21,506 bases of DNA from Cyanobacteria bacterium P01_A01_bin.123 (GTDB lineage Bacteria > Cyanobacteriota > Cyanobacteriia > Phormidesmidales > Phormidesmidaceae). The stretch covers positions 1 through 21,506 of the forward strand of contig JBCBZT010000088.1 in NCBI GenBank assembly GCA_039815185.1. The letters run 5' to 3'. Made by a program: the position numbers and the translations under genes. Shown in pieces: positions 1 to 9,142 of the stretch (the stretch's first letter is position 1; each line of letters starts with the position of its first letter). The notes below the pieces were generated by a model. That model had not been told where the DNA came from. It did no database searches and saw only the letters and a program-made list of their open reading frames with translations.

Positions 1-2
1 AC

Positions 3-1280
3 CGCAACGGTAAACTGCATCTAATTGGCCTGTGTTCAGAAGGCGGGGTTCATTCCCACCTCAGCCACTTGTTGGGGTTATTGGATATGGCCAAGGCGCA
101 GGATTTATCTGAGGTTTGTGTCCACGTTATTACTGACGGTCGAGACACCAAGCCGACGGACGCGATCAACTCGGTTCAGAAGCTACAAGATCATATTGAC
201 GCCATTGGCTTGGGGCAAATTGTTACCGTGAGCGGGCGCTACTATGCAATGGATCGCGATCACCGTTGGGATCGGGTTGAGCCGGTTTATCAGGCGATGA
301 CTGGCACCGATGCCGGCAGCGGGCAGTCGGCGGTAGAAACGATACAGGCCGCTTACAGTCAAGACGTGACGGATGAATTTATCAAACCGATACGCATTGC
401 CACTGGTGCGGTTGAATCAGGAGACGGTGTCATTTTCTTTAACTTCCGGCCTGATCGGGCCCGGCAATTAACTCAGGCGTTTGTTGACCCGGCCTTTGAT
501 GGATTTGAGCGGACATTGCTGCCTTCCCTCAGCTTTGTCACGATGACTCAGTACGATGCTCATCTACCGGTGAAAGTGGCTTTTGAACCCCAAAACCTGA
601 GTAATATTTTGGGTGAAGTGGTGGCTAACCATGGCCTAAAGCAGTTGAGAGCGGCAGAAACTGAAAAGTACGCCCACGTTACCTATTTCTTTAACGGTGG
701 TTTAGAAGATCCCCTTGAGGGAGAAGACCGAGAACTGGTGCCTAGCCCGATGGTGACGACTTATGACAAGCAGCCAGAAATGTCGGCCAAGGCGGTGACT
801 GATGTCGCGATCGCTGCCATTGAAAAGCGTGTTTATTCTTTGGTCGTGCTCAACTATGCTAACCCAGACATGGTGGGCCATACAGGTAACCTCGACGCAA
901 CTGTAACAGCCATCCAAACCGTAGATCAAGAATTAGGACGCTTACTAGGGAGTATCAGTAAAGCAGGCGGCACCGCAATTATCATTGCGGATCACGGCAA
1001 TGCAGAATACATGTGGGATGAAGACAAAAAGCCCTGGACAGCCCATACGACTAATCCCGTGCCTTTTATCCTAATAGAAGGAGAGGGGTTAAAAATTCCG
1101 GGCTACGGTACAGAGGTGAGCCTCCGGACGGACGGACGTTTATCCGACATTGCCCCCACTATTCTAGAAATTCTGAAACTGCCACAGCCGATAGAAATGA
1201 CCGGAAGATCGATGTTTTTGCCTGCCGATGTTAGTATCCGGCCTAACCGAACGCCCGTACGAGTGCCGATGCAGCGATAG
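3..1280 (+). CDS. gpmI: 2,3-bisphosphoglycerate-independent phosphoglycerate mutase (5' partial; runs off the left edge)
   Basis: The frame is open from base 3 (RNGKLHLIGLCSEGGVHSH). iPGM motifs present: TDGRD, GRYYAMDRD, FNFRPDRARQ, AETEKYAHVTYFFNGG, NYANPDMVGHTG, ADHGNAE, TAHT. Directly upstream of secG. Confidence 0.97.
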   Translation, partial: RNGKLHLIGLCSEGGVHSHLSHLLGLLDMAKAQDLSEVCVHVITDGRDTKPTDAINSVQKLQDHIDAIGLGQIVTVSGRYYAMDRDHRWDRVEPVYQAMTGTDAGSGQSAVETIQAAYSQDVTDEFIKPIRIATGAVESGDGVIFFNFRPDRARQLTQAFVDPAFDGFERTLLPSLSFVTMTQYDAHLPVKVAFEPQNLSNILGEVVANHGLKQLRAAETEKYAHVTYFFNGGLEDPLEGEDRELVPSPMVTTYDKQPEMSAKAVTDVAIAAIEKRVYSLVVLNYANPDMVGHTGNLDATVTAIQTVDQELGRLLGSISKAGGTAIIIADHGNAEYMWDEDKKPWTAHTTNPVPFILIEGEGLKIPGYGTEVSLRTDGRLSDIAPTILEILKLPQPIEMTGRSMFLPADVSIRPNRTPVRVPMQR

Positions 1281-1287
1281 CGATAAA

Positions 1288-1315
1288 TTGATTGCACACC
1301 AAGATCAGTTAGGAT
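1288..1315 (+). promoter_or_regulatory. Possible sigma70-type promoter for secG
   Basis: TTGATT (1288-1293), 16-nt spacer, TAGGAT (1310-1315). Imperfect consensus. Confidence 0.3.
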
Positions 1316-1423
1316 AAGGGGTATCAAAGATATGTCTTTGCAGATATGTCCTGACCTAGGCTTCTTGGGCTCAATTGTGCCCTTTGTATCTGAACGCTGC
1401 TATCGCTAACCTACTGAATTCTC

Positions 1424-1666
1424 ATGCTCATTACCTCGCTCCTGCAAATCATTTGGGCATTGTCAGCCTTGGGGTTGACTATTCTCGTATTACTCCACAG
1501 TCCTAAAGGAGATGGCTTGGGAGCCCTAGGGGGGCAGGCGCAGTTGTTCACCAGCACCAAGAGTGCCGAAACTACCCTTAATCGTGTCACTTGGATATTA
1601 ACAGTGATGTTTATGGGGTTGACGGTGGTTCTCAGTGCAGGTTGGTTAGAGCCCCCTGCTGGGTAA
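1424..1666 (+). CDS. secG: Preprotein translocase subunit SecG
   Basis: 80 aa with two TM helices flanking LLHSPKGDGLGALGGQAQLF...AETTLNRVTW, typical of cyanobacterial SecG. Confidence 0.96.
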   Translation: MLITSLLQIIWALSALGLTILVLLHSPKGDGLGALGGQAQLFTSTKSAETTLNRVTWILTVMFMGLTVVLSAGWLEPPAG

Positions 1667-1755
1667 AGGCTGGGTTTTGCCGAGCGTGATCGAAAATTAA
1701 TCTAAAGCGTTGCTATCATTCCCTCCTGTGCAAGTTAAGGAATGGTTTGAACCCT

Positions 1756-2514
1756 TCAGGAGATTAGACTTTGGGGCTGCATGTAGTCCGGATAGTTTTG
1801 CATGGATTTTAGTTCTGGGCGGCGGTAGGTCAAGCGCTTACTGGTGCATTTACCCAAGCTAATGATTGATTCGGCAAGCTTGACGGCTGCTGTTACCGAA
1901 TCAATCACAGGCACCTGTAGTTTTTCTTCGAGGGCAATGTCTAGGCCATTCATCCCGGCACAGCCCAGACATAGGGCCTCAGCGCCGTCTTGCTCAATGG
2001 CCATCTGACCCACGTCAACCAGTGCGGCCAAAGTTGCTGCCCGGTTATGTTCGGTGTCAACTACGGCTAGGTTAGTGGTGCGAACTGAGGCACAGCGATC
2101 GCCGATGCCAGTTTTCTCAACCGTTTTTTCTACCATGTGCCTGACTCGGTGGGTCGTGGTGACAACGCTCCACTTGGCGGCCAGCATGTTGGCGATGTAC
2201 ATGCTAGCTTCAGCGATGCCGATCACCGGACGGTCAGTGATTTCTCGAGCCGCTTCAATCCCTGGATCACCCCAACAGGCCAAGATGAATCCTGCTGCCG
2301 TTTGATCGAGCACAATTTGCTCTAAAATGCCGGGAATGGCTAGATACTCGTCGTAATAACACTCGATGGATTCTGGGCCAGCTTTGGGTTGCACGGTGAC
2401 AATCTGGGTCTGGGGCGATCGCACCTGCTGGGCTGCCTGATCAATACTGTGAGTCATGGGAACACAGGTATTGCCATTAATCACGGTGATTTGAAAATTG
2501 CGATCGCTAACCAT
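1756..2514 (-). CDS. Asp/Glu/hydantoin racemase family protein (hydantoin/allantoin racemase-like)
   Basis: N-terminal VINGNT (family INPN[T/S]), catalytic Cys pair ACWGDPG and LGCAGM, AAREITDRPVIGIAEAS, VPVIDSV. ATG at 2514 preferred over the track's 2547. Confidence 0.88.
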   Translation of the reverse strand: MVSDRNFQITVINGNTCVPMTHSIDQAAQQVRSPQTQIVTVQPKAGPESIECYYDEYLAIPGILEQIVLDQTAAGFILACWGDPGIEAAREITDRPVIGIAEASMYIANMLAAKWSVVTTTHRVRHMVEKTVEKTGIGDRCASVRTTNLAVVDTEHNRAATLAALVDVGQMAIEQDGAEALCLGCAGMNGLDIALEEKLQVPVIDSVTAAVKLAESIISLGKCTSKRLTYRRPELKSMQNYPDYMQPQSLIS

Positions 2515-2577
2515 TCTGATCCGTTTACTAAAGGTCAGCCCGTTCAACCTTAATCTTGGTTGCTAAAGGTTGGATGG

Positions 2578-3066
2578 CTAATAGTTTTCATCCTGGTAGA
2601 TATAGAGCGTGTAAGGATAATAGCGCCCTTGACCATAAGAGCCAATCCAAACGCTATAGCTCCCAGCTAACCACTCCCCGGCGATGCGTGGATTGTGGCC
2701 TACACTATCATCATTGCACCAAACACCACCAGGGCCTTTCAGCAGCAAAACCGTGTCTTGTTGACTTTCGACCTCCAACGCCAAGAAATCAAAGTTGGAG
2801 AGCAGCGTTAACTCATGGTCGGGTTGTTCATCCACGAAACCGACACAAGGCCCGGTGGCCGTTGATGAAGTGCCAGCGACGGTCTCGGTGGGTTCACGTC
2901 CACCACTGATACCCTCTAAGTTCAACGGGTCAGGTCGAAATCCAGGGGCTAACTCAATGTCTTGCAGCAGATTTGCTGGCGGATCTTGGGCATATCCAGG
3001 AAAGGCCATTGCCATGAATGGAACCAGGCCCAGCGTGGCTAACCACTGCAGGGAGCATCTTGTCAT
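2578..3066 (-). CDS. Secreted hypothetical protein with a PPC-like beta-sandwich domain
   Basis: Signal-peptide-like N-terminus ending GYA|Q. Motifs LAPGFRPDP, CVGFVDEQPDH, DTVLLLKGPGGVWCNDD, GSYSVWIGSY. Confidence 0.7.
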   Translation of the reverse strand: MTRCSLQWLATLGLVPFMAMAFPGYAQDPPANLLQDIELAPGFRPDPLNLEGISGGREPTETVAGTSSTATGPCVGFVDEQPDHELTLLSNFDFLALEVESQQDTVLLLKGPGGVWCNDDSVGHNPRIAGEWLAGSYSVWIGSYGQGRYYPYTLYIYQDENY

Positions 3067-3215
3067 AATGATCGGAGAATGAGAATAAAGAGACTAACGC
3101 ACTTTTCTAAAGACGACTGAACTGCCTAATGCGATCGCGTTAGCTTGCCGCCTACCCCCATAGATTACCTAAAACGCAAGTTCGTTCCCAGATCTGCAAT
3201 TTTAGTGGATGAGGG

Positions 3216-4352
3216 TTACCGCCATTTTTGTGGTTCGGCATTGGTCTCATCATCCTCCATCGGCCCTTGTTCTTGCGCCAGCCTCGCGACAGGTGCAGGG
3301 ATGACAGCGTTCATCCTTTGCCGTAGGGGGGGATGCCACTGATCTAATACGTCTTTGATTAACAATTCTTGAATCCACACCTTAGCCACCACCGCTAGGG
3401 GTAGGGCTAGCACCAACCCTAAAAAGCCAAACATGGTGAAAAAGACAATCTGAGCCATGAGTGTAATCGCTGGCAGCAGGGAGACCTTACGCTCCATCAC
3501 CGTAGGGGTCAGCCAGTAGCTTTCAATGTTTTGAATGACAATGTAAAGCGTTAGGACTGCGATCGCTTTCCAAGGTGTGGGGGACAGCAGGGCTACCGTC
3601 ACCGGAAAGATCACACTCAGGGTGGGGCCAATATTAGGAATCACATTCAACATTCCTGCGATTAGGGCGTGGGCAAGCACAAGACGAACCCCCAATAGCG
3701 ATAACCCGACAAAGCTGAAGGCAAAAATGAACAGGGAGTTAATCGAAATTCCGCCCAACCAGTTACACAGGGCGCGTTCACAGGCACACAAAATATCGTC
3801 GGCGCGCTGCCGATAAAAGGCGGGAAACAGCTTTAGCGTACCCTGGCGATAAGCTTGGGGATTAACCAACAGCATGAGGGATAAGGCCACCACTAGCAGA
3901 CCTTGCAGCACTACCTGTAATGTATTGTTGAATACTGAGAAAAAGTTGCGAAAGATGCCAAAAGCCGACGTAGATTCTACATCGGTAATCCAGTAAGTGA
4001 TATCGGGAAATGAGGGCAGTTCAATAGGCAGCTGGTCTTGCAGCCTTTCCCAAGCGATGGGCAGCTGGCCTATGCCTGAAACCAGCAGTTCAAGGAGTAG
4101 GGTAAATTGTTCTACGAAGGGTGGTACGATGCCGACGACAAATAACGTGCCAAAAAACATCGTCCCCCCTAGCACCATAGGAATAGCGACTTGGCGGGGC
4201 AGATTGAGTCTTTGCAACAGGCGGGCTAATTTATTGAGCGCGATCGCAATCACGATCGCCATAAAGATCAACAGCAGAATTTGACGAATCTGCCACAGAA
4301 TGTAAAGCGCCGCCGCAAGAGAGATTAACCCAATCCACTGACCCAGTTTCAC
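3216..4352 (-). CDS. AI-2E family (PerM-like) transporter
   Basis: Multi-TM 378 aa with LNVIPNIGP, IQNIESYWLTP and GFLGLVLALP motifs. GTG start. Confidence 0.92.
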   Translation of the reverse strand: MKLGQWIGLISLAAALYILWQIRQILLLIFMAIVIAIALNKLARLLQRLNLPRQVAIPMVLGGTMFFGTLFVVGIVPPFVEQFTLLLELLVSGIGQLPIAWERLQDQLPIELPSFPDITYWITDVESTSAFGIFRNFFSVFNNTLQVVLQGLLVVALSLMLLVNPQAYRQGTLKLFPAFYRQRADDILCACERALCNWLGGISINSLFIFAFSFVGLSLLGVRLVLAHALIAGMLNVIPNIGPTLSVIFPVTVALLSPTPWKAIAVLTLYIVIQNIESYWLTPTVMERKVSLLPAITLMAQIVFFTMFGFLGLVLALPLAVVAKVWIQELLIKDVLDQWHPPLRQRMNAVIPAPVARLAQEQGPMEDDETNAEPQKWR

Positions 4353-4468
4353 GCTGTTCTGCCTCGTGGACGAAGAATAGATCCCATCCTAAGCGATGAG
4401 CATGGGCATTGGCTTGAGAATCTGCTGAGGGAGATGGGGAGAGAAGGAATAGGGGTGAACCTGTGAAG

Positions 4469-4487
4469 ATCCAAAATCCAAAATCCA
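4469..4487. repeat. Short tandem heptamer repeat (ATCCAAA x ~2.7), STRR-like
   Basis: atccaaa atccaaa atcca in the intergenic gap. GGGAGATG-type purine runs also lie nearby, around 4429 and 4493. Confidence 0.5.
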
Positions 4488-4621
4488 GGCTGGGGAGATG
4501 GCGAGATATTGCTATCTTTGGTGCGATTTCGGGAACGCTGGGGGGGCAGTAAATTTTGAACTGTTGCTGATTTACAGTGGTTTCGGCTCTAACTCAACCC
4601 TAAGCTGTGCTTAATGCTGAC

Positions 4622-5524
4622 ATGTTTTCAATTTATATCCTGACTCACAACGAAGCGATCGATATTGCGGCCTGCATTGAATCTGCGAGCCTTTCTGACG
4701 ATGTGATTGTCGTGGATTCCTTTAGCTGCGATCGCACCGTTGAAATTGCCCAGGATTATCCCGTACGGATCTTTCAAAACGTGTTTGAAAGCCATGGCAA
4801 ACAGCGCACCTGGATGCTACAAACGATCCCGACTAAGTATGAGTGGGTCTACATTCTAGAAGCTGACGAGCGGATGACGCCGGCGCTGTTTCAAGAGTGT
4901 CTGGAAACCATTCAATCCGGTCAGGATATTGGGTATTACGTGGCCGAGCAGGTCATGTTTATGGGGCGGTGGATTCGCCACAGTACTCAATATCCCCGCT
5001 ATCAATTACGGCTGTTTCGCAAAGATCGGGTTTGGTTCAGCGACTACGGTCACACTGAACGAGAAGAATGTGATGGAACTACCGGGTTTCTGAAGGAAAC
5101 CTATCCCCACTACACCTGTAGCAAAGGCTTTAGCCGTTGGATTGACAAACACAATCGTTACTCTAGCGATGAAGCCGTTGAAACGCTGCGTCAACTCAAT
5201 CAGGGACAGGTTAGCTGGGGCGATTTAGTGTTTGGTAACTCTGAGGTCAAACGTCGCCGGGCGCTGAAGAATCTCTCTTTGCGGTTGCCCTTTAGACCCC
5301 TGCTACGATTTATATACATGTACGTCTTTCTAAGGGGTTGTTTAGATGGGAGAGCAGGGTTTTCCTGGTGTTTACTGCAAACCTTCTACGAGTATTTAAT
5401 TTTGCTGAAGGTTTGGGAACTCAAAAATCAAGCTCCCGTTTTCTCTGGGAATCGGGTGACAGCGGTAACCGCAACCCTTCCGCTTGAGTCAGAACCGCGA
5501 GAGATGTGTTCGGTTCAAGATTAG
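4622..5524 (+). CDS. Glycosyltransferase family 2 (LgtF/KdtX-like beta-1,4-glucosyltransferase subfamily)
   Basis: ILTHNE, VVDSFSCDRT, ILEADE, RLFR, HNRYS, GCLDGRAGF. ATG at 4622 preferred over the GTG at 4607. Confidence 0.9.
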   Translation: MFSIYILTHNEAIDIAACIESASLSDDVIVVDSFSCDRTVEIAQDYPVRIFQNVFESHGKQRTWMLQTIPTKYEWVYILEADERMTPALFQECLETIQSGQDIGYYVAEQVMFMGRWIRHSTQYPRYQLRLFRKDRVWFSDYGHTEREECDGTTGFLKETYPHYTCSKGFSRWIDKHNRYSSDEAVETLRQLNQGQVSWGDLVFGNSEVKRRRALKNLSLRLPFRPLLRFIYMYVFLRGCLDGRAGFSWCLLQTFYEYLILLKVWELKNQAPVFSGNRVTAVTATLPLESEPREMCSVQD

Positions 5525-5579
5525 TCGTTCAGCTTCATGGGGCATGGGGTTGGGCCAGACGTTCATGGGCAATACCCGC

Positions 5580-5984
5580 TTAGGACTGAGCAATCGCGGT
5601 AGATTTAGGGCGATCGCCTTGTGGATCTATTGCCATGGCTTCAGAGACTCGTTTGGTGTGCCACCAGGTTTGGAGTTCAACGGAGAGTCTGGTGGTAAAC
5701 AGTGTGGTGACAAAAGATTCGCTGCGATAGCCTGGACCGACAATTTCGACACTGTAAGAGGGGAAGCGCTTCGTTGCCAAATCGGGTACAAACCGCTTGC
5801 CAATGCGACGCCAACTGGGTTCTTTGCCGTGCCACTGAAGACGGCAACAGGGCCAGGGCAACTGTTCTCGATCAAACAAGCGACAGCAGGGGCCAATCAC
5901 GCGATAGGTCAAGTGTGCCCCCGGACTCAAAAATAAGTGTCCCGTGGGCCAGGGATGAATCGGTTGGTCAGGTAGGGTAGACAT
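5580..5984 (-). CDS. Hypothetical protein with two PCCRL motifs
   Basis: 134-aa ORF from ATG 5984 filling the gap between flanking genes. Contains GPCCRLFDREQLPWPCCRLQWHGKEPSWRRIG, which resembles a cyanobacterial conserved hypothetical family (recalled, not searched). Confidence 0.75.
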   Translation of the reverse strand: MSTLPDQPIHPWPTGHLFLSPGAHLTYRVIGPCCRLFDREQLPWPCCRLQWHGKEPSWRRIGKRFVPDLATKRFPSYSVEIVGPGYRSESFVTTLFTTRLSVELQTWWHTKRVSEAMAIDPQGDRPKSTAIAQS

Positions 5985-6090
5985 CAAAAGGGCATCAAGA
6001 GAATGAAAGCGGGTCGGCGATCGCGTTAAACTACACCGTCCAATTTTAGACCGGATATTTTTCTTAAGAAAAGCTTGAGTAGACAACGGC

Positions 6091-6951
6091 ATGGTCAACC
6101 CAGAACTGCTAACCCGATTAACAACGGCTAGGGGGCTAGACCTGCACTGCCGAGTTTGGATATCTCGTCAACCCACGCTTGGCGTGCTGGTGTTGGTGCA
6201 TGGCTTAGGTGAACATTTGGGTCGCTATGACAGCGTTGCCACCGCGCTCAACCAAGCTGGTATTACTGTCGCGGGATTTGATTTGCCAGGGCATGGGCGT
6301 TCCGCAGGGCAACGGGGACATATCAATCATTGGCAAGATTACCGCCAAAGTTTGCAGCAGTTTGTGACTGTGATGGCGACCCAGTTTCCGAGTGCGCCGC
6401 TATTTTTAATGGGACACAGTCTGGGAGCGATGATTGCCCTGGATTTTGCTATGCAAGACTGGTTTCCTTTGCAGGGGCTGATTATCAGTGGCACACCGCT
6501 AGTACCCACAAGCGTGCAAAGCCCAATCAAGGTTTTGGTGGTGCGATTGCTGTCACCGATATTTCCTCGCCTTTCGCTGAAAACTGGCGTGCAACCCGCA
6601 GCACTTTCCCGCGATCGCATGCTGCTAGAGCGCGATCGCCAAGACGCGTTGATCCACAATGTGGCTACCTTGCGCTGGGGAGCAGAAATGCTCGACGCGA
6701 TCGCCCGAATTAAAGCTAACCCCAACAAAATTAGCCATCCAGTACTGATGATGCATGGCGACTGCGACACGATTAGCGCCATAGCTGGAGCGCAAACGTT
6801 TTTTGATGCCATCCCTGCCGCCGACAAAACCTTCAATATTTATCCTGGCAGTCACCACGAGCCCCACAACGATCTTGATGCCGATCAAGTGATGTCAGAC
6901 CTCACTGACTGGATTAAAGGACAAACCATCAAAACCAGGCAAATCGGCTGA
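6091..6951 (+). CDS. Alpha/beta hydrolase, lysophospholipase/monoacylglycerol lipase family (Hydrolase_4)
   Basis: VHGLGEH, DLPGHGRS, nucleophile GHSLG, HGDCD (Asp) and HHE (His) complete the triad. Confidence 0.92.
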   Translation: MVNPELLTRLTTARGLDLHCRVWISRQPTLGVLVLVHGLGEHLGRYDSVATALNQAGITVAGFDLPGHGRSAGQRGHINHWQDYRQSLQQFVTVMATQFPSAPLFLMGHSLGAMIALDFAMQDWFPLQGLIISGTPLVPTSVQSPIKVLVVRLLSPIFPRLSLKTGVQPAALSRDRMLLERDRQDALIHNVATLRWGAEMLDAIARIKANPNKISHPVLMMHGDCDTISAIAGAQTFFDAIPAADKTFNIYPGSHHEPHNDLDADQVMSDLTDWIKGQTIKTRQIG

Positions 6952-7167
6952 AATAATGCAGTCTGCGATACCTTTACTCAGGCTATGGGTACCGTATCTT
7001 AACGTTTGGGCTAGGACTTATTCATTGGGTTATTGATGATTCGGCAAAGTCCGTCTGGCTCCAGAGAGTCTTGTTTGGAAAAGCTTTAGATGTCTGGATT
7101 GTAATCCGGTCTAGATGCCACAACCTGGCGTGTGTCCCGATGGCAGTGTTTGAGTAAAGGAAACCTG

Positions 7168-7647
7168 ATGCAGAATTTTTTAGGCCGGTTAGCGATTGGC
7201 GTAGCGGGGGGGAGTTTGTTGGGTATAGGGGCGATCGCATCTCCGGCTACCGCCCAAATCACCGCAACAGCTTCTATCGGCCAACCGATCCTGCAAAGTT
7301 GGGGGCTTTTAGAAAACGGTGATGCCACCCTCAGCGACAATAGCCTGTTTGATAAACATTGGTTCACGGGTCAGGCTGGACAAATGGTCACCATTACCTT
7401 GACCAGTGACGATTTTGACACTTACTTGATGGTGTATGACGCCAGCGGCGATCGCATTGCTCAAAACGACGATATTAGCGAAGCCGACAAAAATTCATCG
7501 GTTACCCTCACTTTGCCCGCCGACGGCCAATATCGCATCGTGGCTAACGCCTTCAGTGACTTAGGGCACGGACACTACAAACTGACTGTCGTTACCCTCC
7601 CTAATCGCTCCAAACCCGATACCGACATTGCTAACATTTCACCTTAA
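7168..7647 (+). CDS. Secreted PPC (pre-peptidase C-terminal) domain protein
   Basis: AAAGGA SD before ATG 7168. Signal peptide ending ATA|Q. PPC pattern FTGQAGQMVTITLTSDDFDTYL...NDD...LPADGQYRIVAN...GHYKLTV. Confidence 0.85.
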   Translation: MQNFLGRLAIGVAGGSLLGIGAIASPATAQITATASIGQPILQSWGLLENGDATLSDNSLFDKHWFTGQAGQMVTITLTSDDFDTYLMVYDASGDRIAQNDDISEADKNSSVTLTLPADGQYRIVANAFSDLGHGHYKLTVVTLPNRSKPDTDIANISP

Positions 7648-7792
7648 GGCTTTAGCCCAAAGTTTTGTTTAGGTGCTTCCTAGAGGACTTGCTCATCTTG
7701 CAGGAGCCCGTCTAAAAGCTGATCAAAACTTCGTCGAGTAGAAGCTATTCAGCCTTCTTAATATCGATCCATTAGGCTTGGCTCGATAGGGA

Positions 7793-7834
7793 TCAAGGCA
7801 CTCAGTATCTAACGTTAGACACTGAGTGCCTTGA
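7793..7834. repeat. 42-bp near-perfect palindrome (REP/MITE-like)
   Basis: tcaaggcactcagt-a-tctaac|gttaga-c-actgagtgccttga: 20 of 21 positions pair and there is no central spacer. Confidence 0.9.
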
Positions 7835-7907
7835 CAGAGTGAAGAGACTTGCTATAGAAGGGCATAGCAGCAACAGACGAGTTGAAAGCTCTTTTTGACT
7901 TAGGGTT

Positions 7908-9128
7908 ATGCACAAACGTGTTCTCTTTATCAGCAACGGCCACGGAGAGGATAATCACTCTTCCCACATCATTCGCTCTCTGCGAGAGTTGGCTCCAGAG
8001 GTTGAGGTAGCAGCCATTCCAATCGTGGGTGCAGGCCATGCCTATCGTCGGATTGATGTGCCGATTGTCGGCCCAACTAAGGTATTGCCCTCCGGGGGAT
8101 TTACCTATGTCAATCGATGGCTCTTGCTGAAGGATATTCGGGCTGGGCTGTTGGGTCTGAGCGTACGGCAGCTACGTGCTATTCGACAGCAGGCGCCTCA
8201 CTTTGATCTGGTTCATGCCACAGGGGATGGGGTTGGCCAAAGCTGTGCGTTTTGGAGCGGTCTACCCTTTATTTCGTTTATTTCCTGCCTCTCAAGTCTG
8301 TACGAGGGGCACTTGCAGGTAGATGTAGTACTGCGTCGGGTTTTGCGATCGCAACGCTGTCGTGCCATCGTCACTAAAGATCCTGCGACGGCTACCGATC
8401 TTACCCGCCAGGGCTTTCCGAATGTTATAACTGGTGGCATTCCCCATATGGACAGACTACTGCCAACGGGTAAAGATTTGGAACTACAGACTGGGGTGCC
8501 GATGTTAGCCATTCTGCCGGGTTCACGCTTGCCCGAAGGCGTGCGAAACCTGGAATTGTTGCTGCACCTGACAGTGGAAATCACTAAAGTCCTCAACGGT
8601 CAGGTGCAGTTTCGGGCAGCGCTTGTCCCTGGCGTCATGGCTGCTGTCCCTACCCTGGCTGCAACCCTAGGGTGGCACTATGAAGCAGGGTGTCTCAGCC
8701 CGCCCGATCGATCTCTGACTGTCCGTTGCTACGACGATGCCTTTAGCGATATTGTCATTCAAACTGACTTGATCCTCGGTATGGCAGGACTCGCTGTTGA
8801 GCAAGCCGTTGCCTTAGGCAAGCCTGTGATTCAAATCCCCGGCGAAGGCCCCCAGTTTAACTACCCCTTTGCCGAAGCCCAGGAACGACTGCTGGGTATT
8901 TCTGCTCAGACAATTGGTCTTGGCCCGGCCACGGCAGAAACCCTCAAAGTTGCTGCTCAGCGCATCGCCATCACCCTCAAAGATCAGGCATATCTGGCCG
9001 CTTGTCTTGAAAATGGCCGTACCCGCTGGGGACCTCCAGGTGCCTCTTATCGAATGGCTCAGCTAATTTTGCAGCACCTCAATAACGAGCAGATAACCAC
9101 CCCCGGAAAATCACCCATTAGCCTTTAG
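7908..9128 (+). CDS. Lipid-A-disaccharide synthase-related GT-B glycosyltransferase (TIGR03492-like)
   Basis: FISNGHGED, LPSGGF, AILPGSR, GMAGLAVEQAVALGKPVI, GPQFNYPFAEAQERLLG. Confidence 0.85.
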   Translation: MHKRVLFISNGHGEDNHSSHIIRSLRELAPEVEVAAIPIVGAGHAYRRIDVPIVGPTKVLPSGGFTYVNRWLLLKDIRAGLLGLSVRQLRAIRQQAPHFDLVHATGDGVGQSCAFWSGLPFISFISCLSSLYEGHLQVDVVLRRVLRSQRCRAIVTKDPATATDLTRQGFPNVITGGIPHMDRLLPTGKDLELQTGVPMLAILPGSRLPEGVRNLELLLHLTVEITKVLNGQVQFRAALVPGVMAAVPTLAATLGWHYEAGCLSPPDRSLTVRCYDDAFSDIVIQTDLILGMAGLAVEQAVALGKPVIQIPGEGPQFNYPFAEAQERLLGISAQTIGLGPATAETLKVAAQRIAITLKDQAYLAACLENGRTRWGPPGASYRMAQLILQHLNNEQITTPGKSPISL

Positions 9129-9142
9129 GGAGGCCGCCCGCT

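Noticed and set aside
7807..7820. ATCTAAC|GTTAGAC matches the attC RYYYAAC and GTTRRRY boxes
   Set aside because: The boxes abut at the palindrome centre with no L boxes or internal stem. A real attC has them at its outer ends.
7908..9128. Calling this gene lpxB
   Set aside because: It lacks canonical LpxB N-terminal motifs (AGEASGD, IDxPDFN) and has SNGHGED instead, so it is a related family only.
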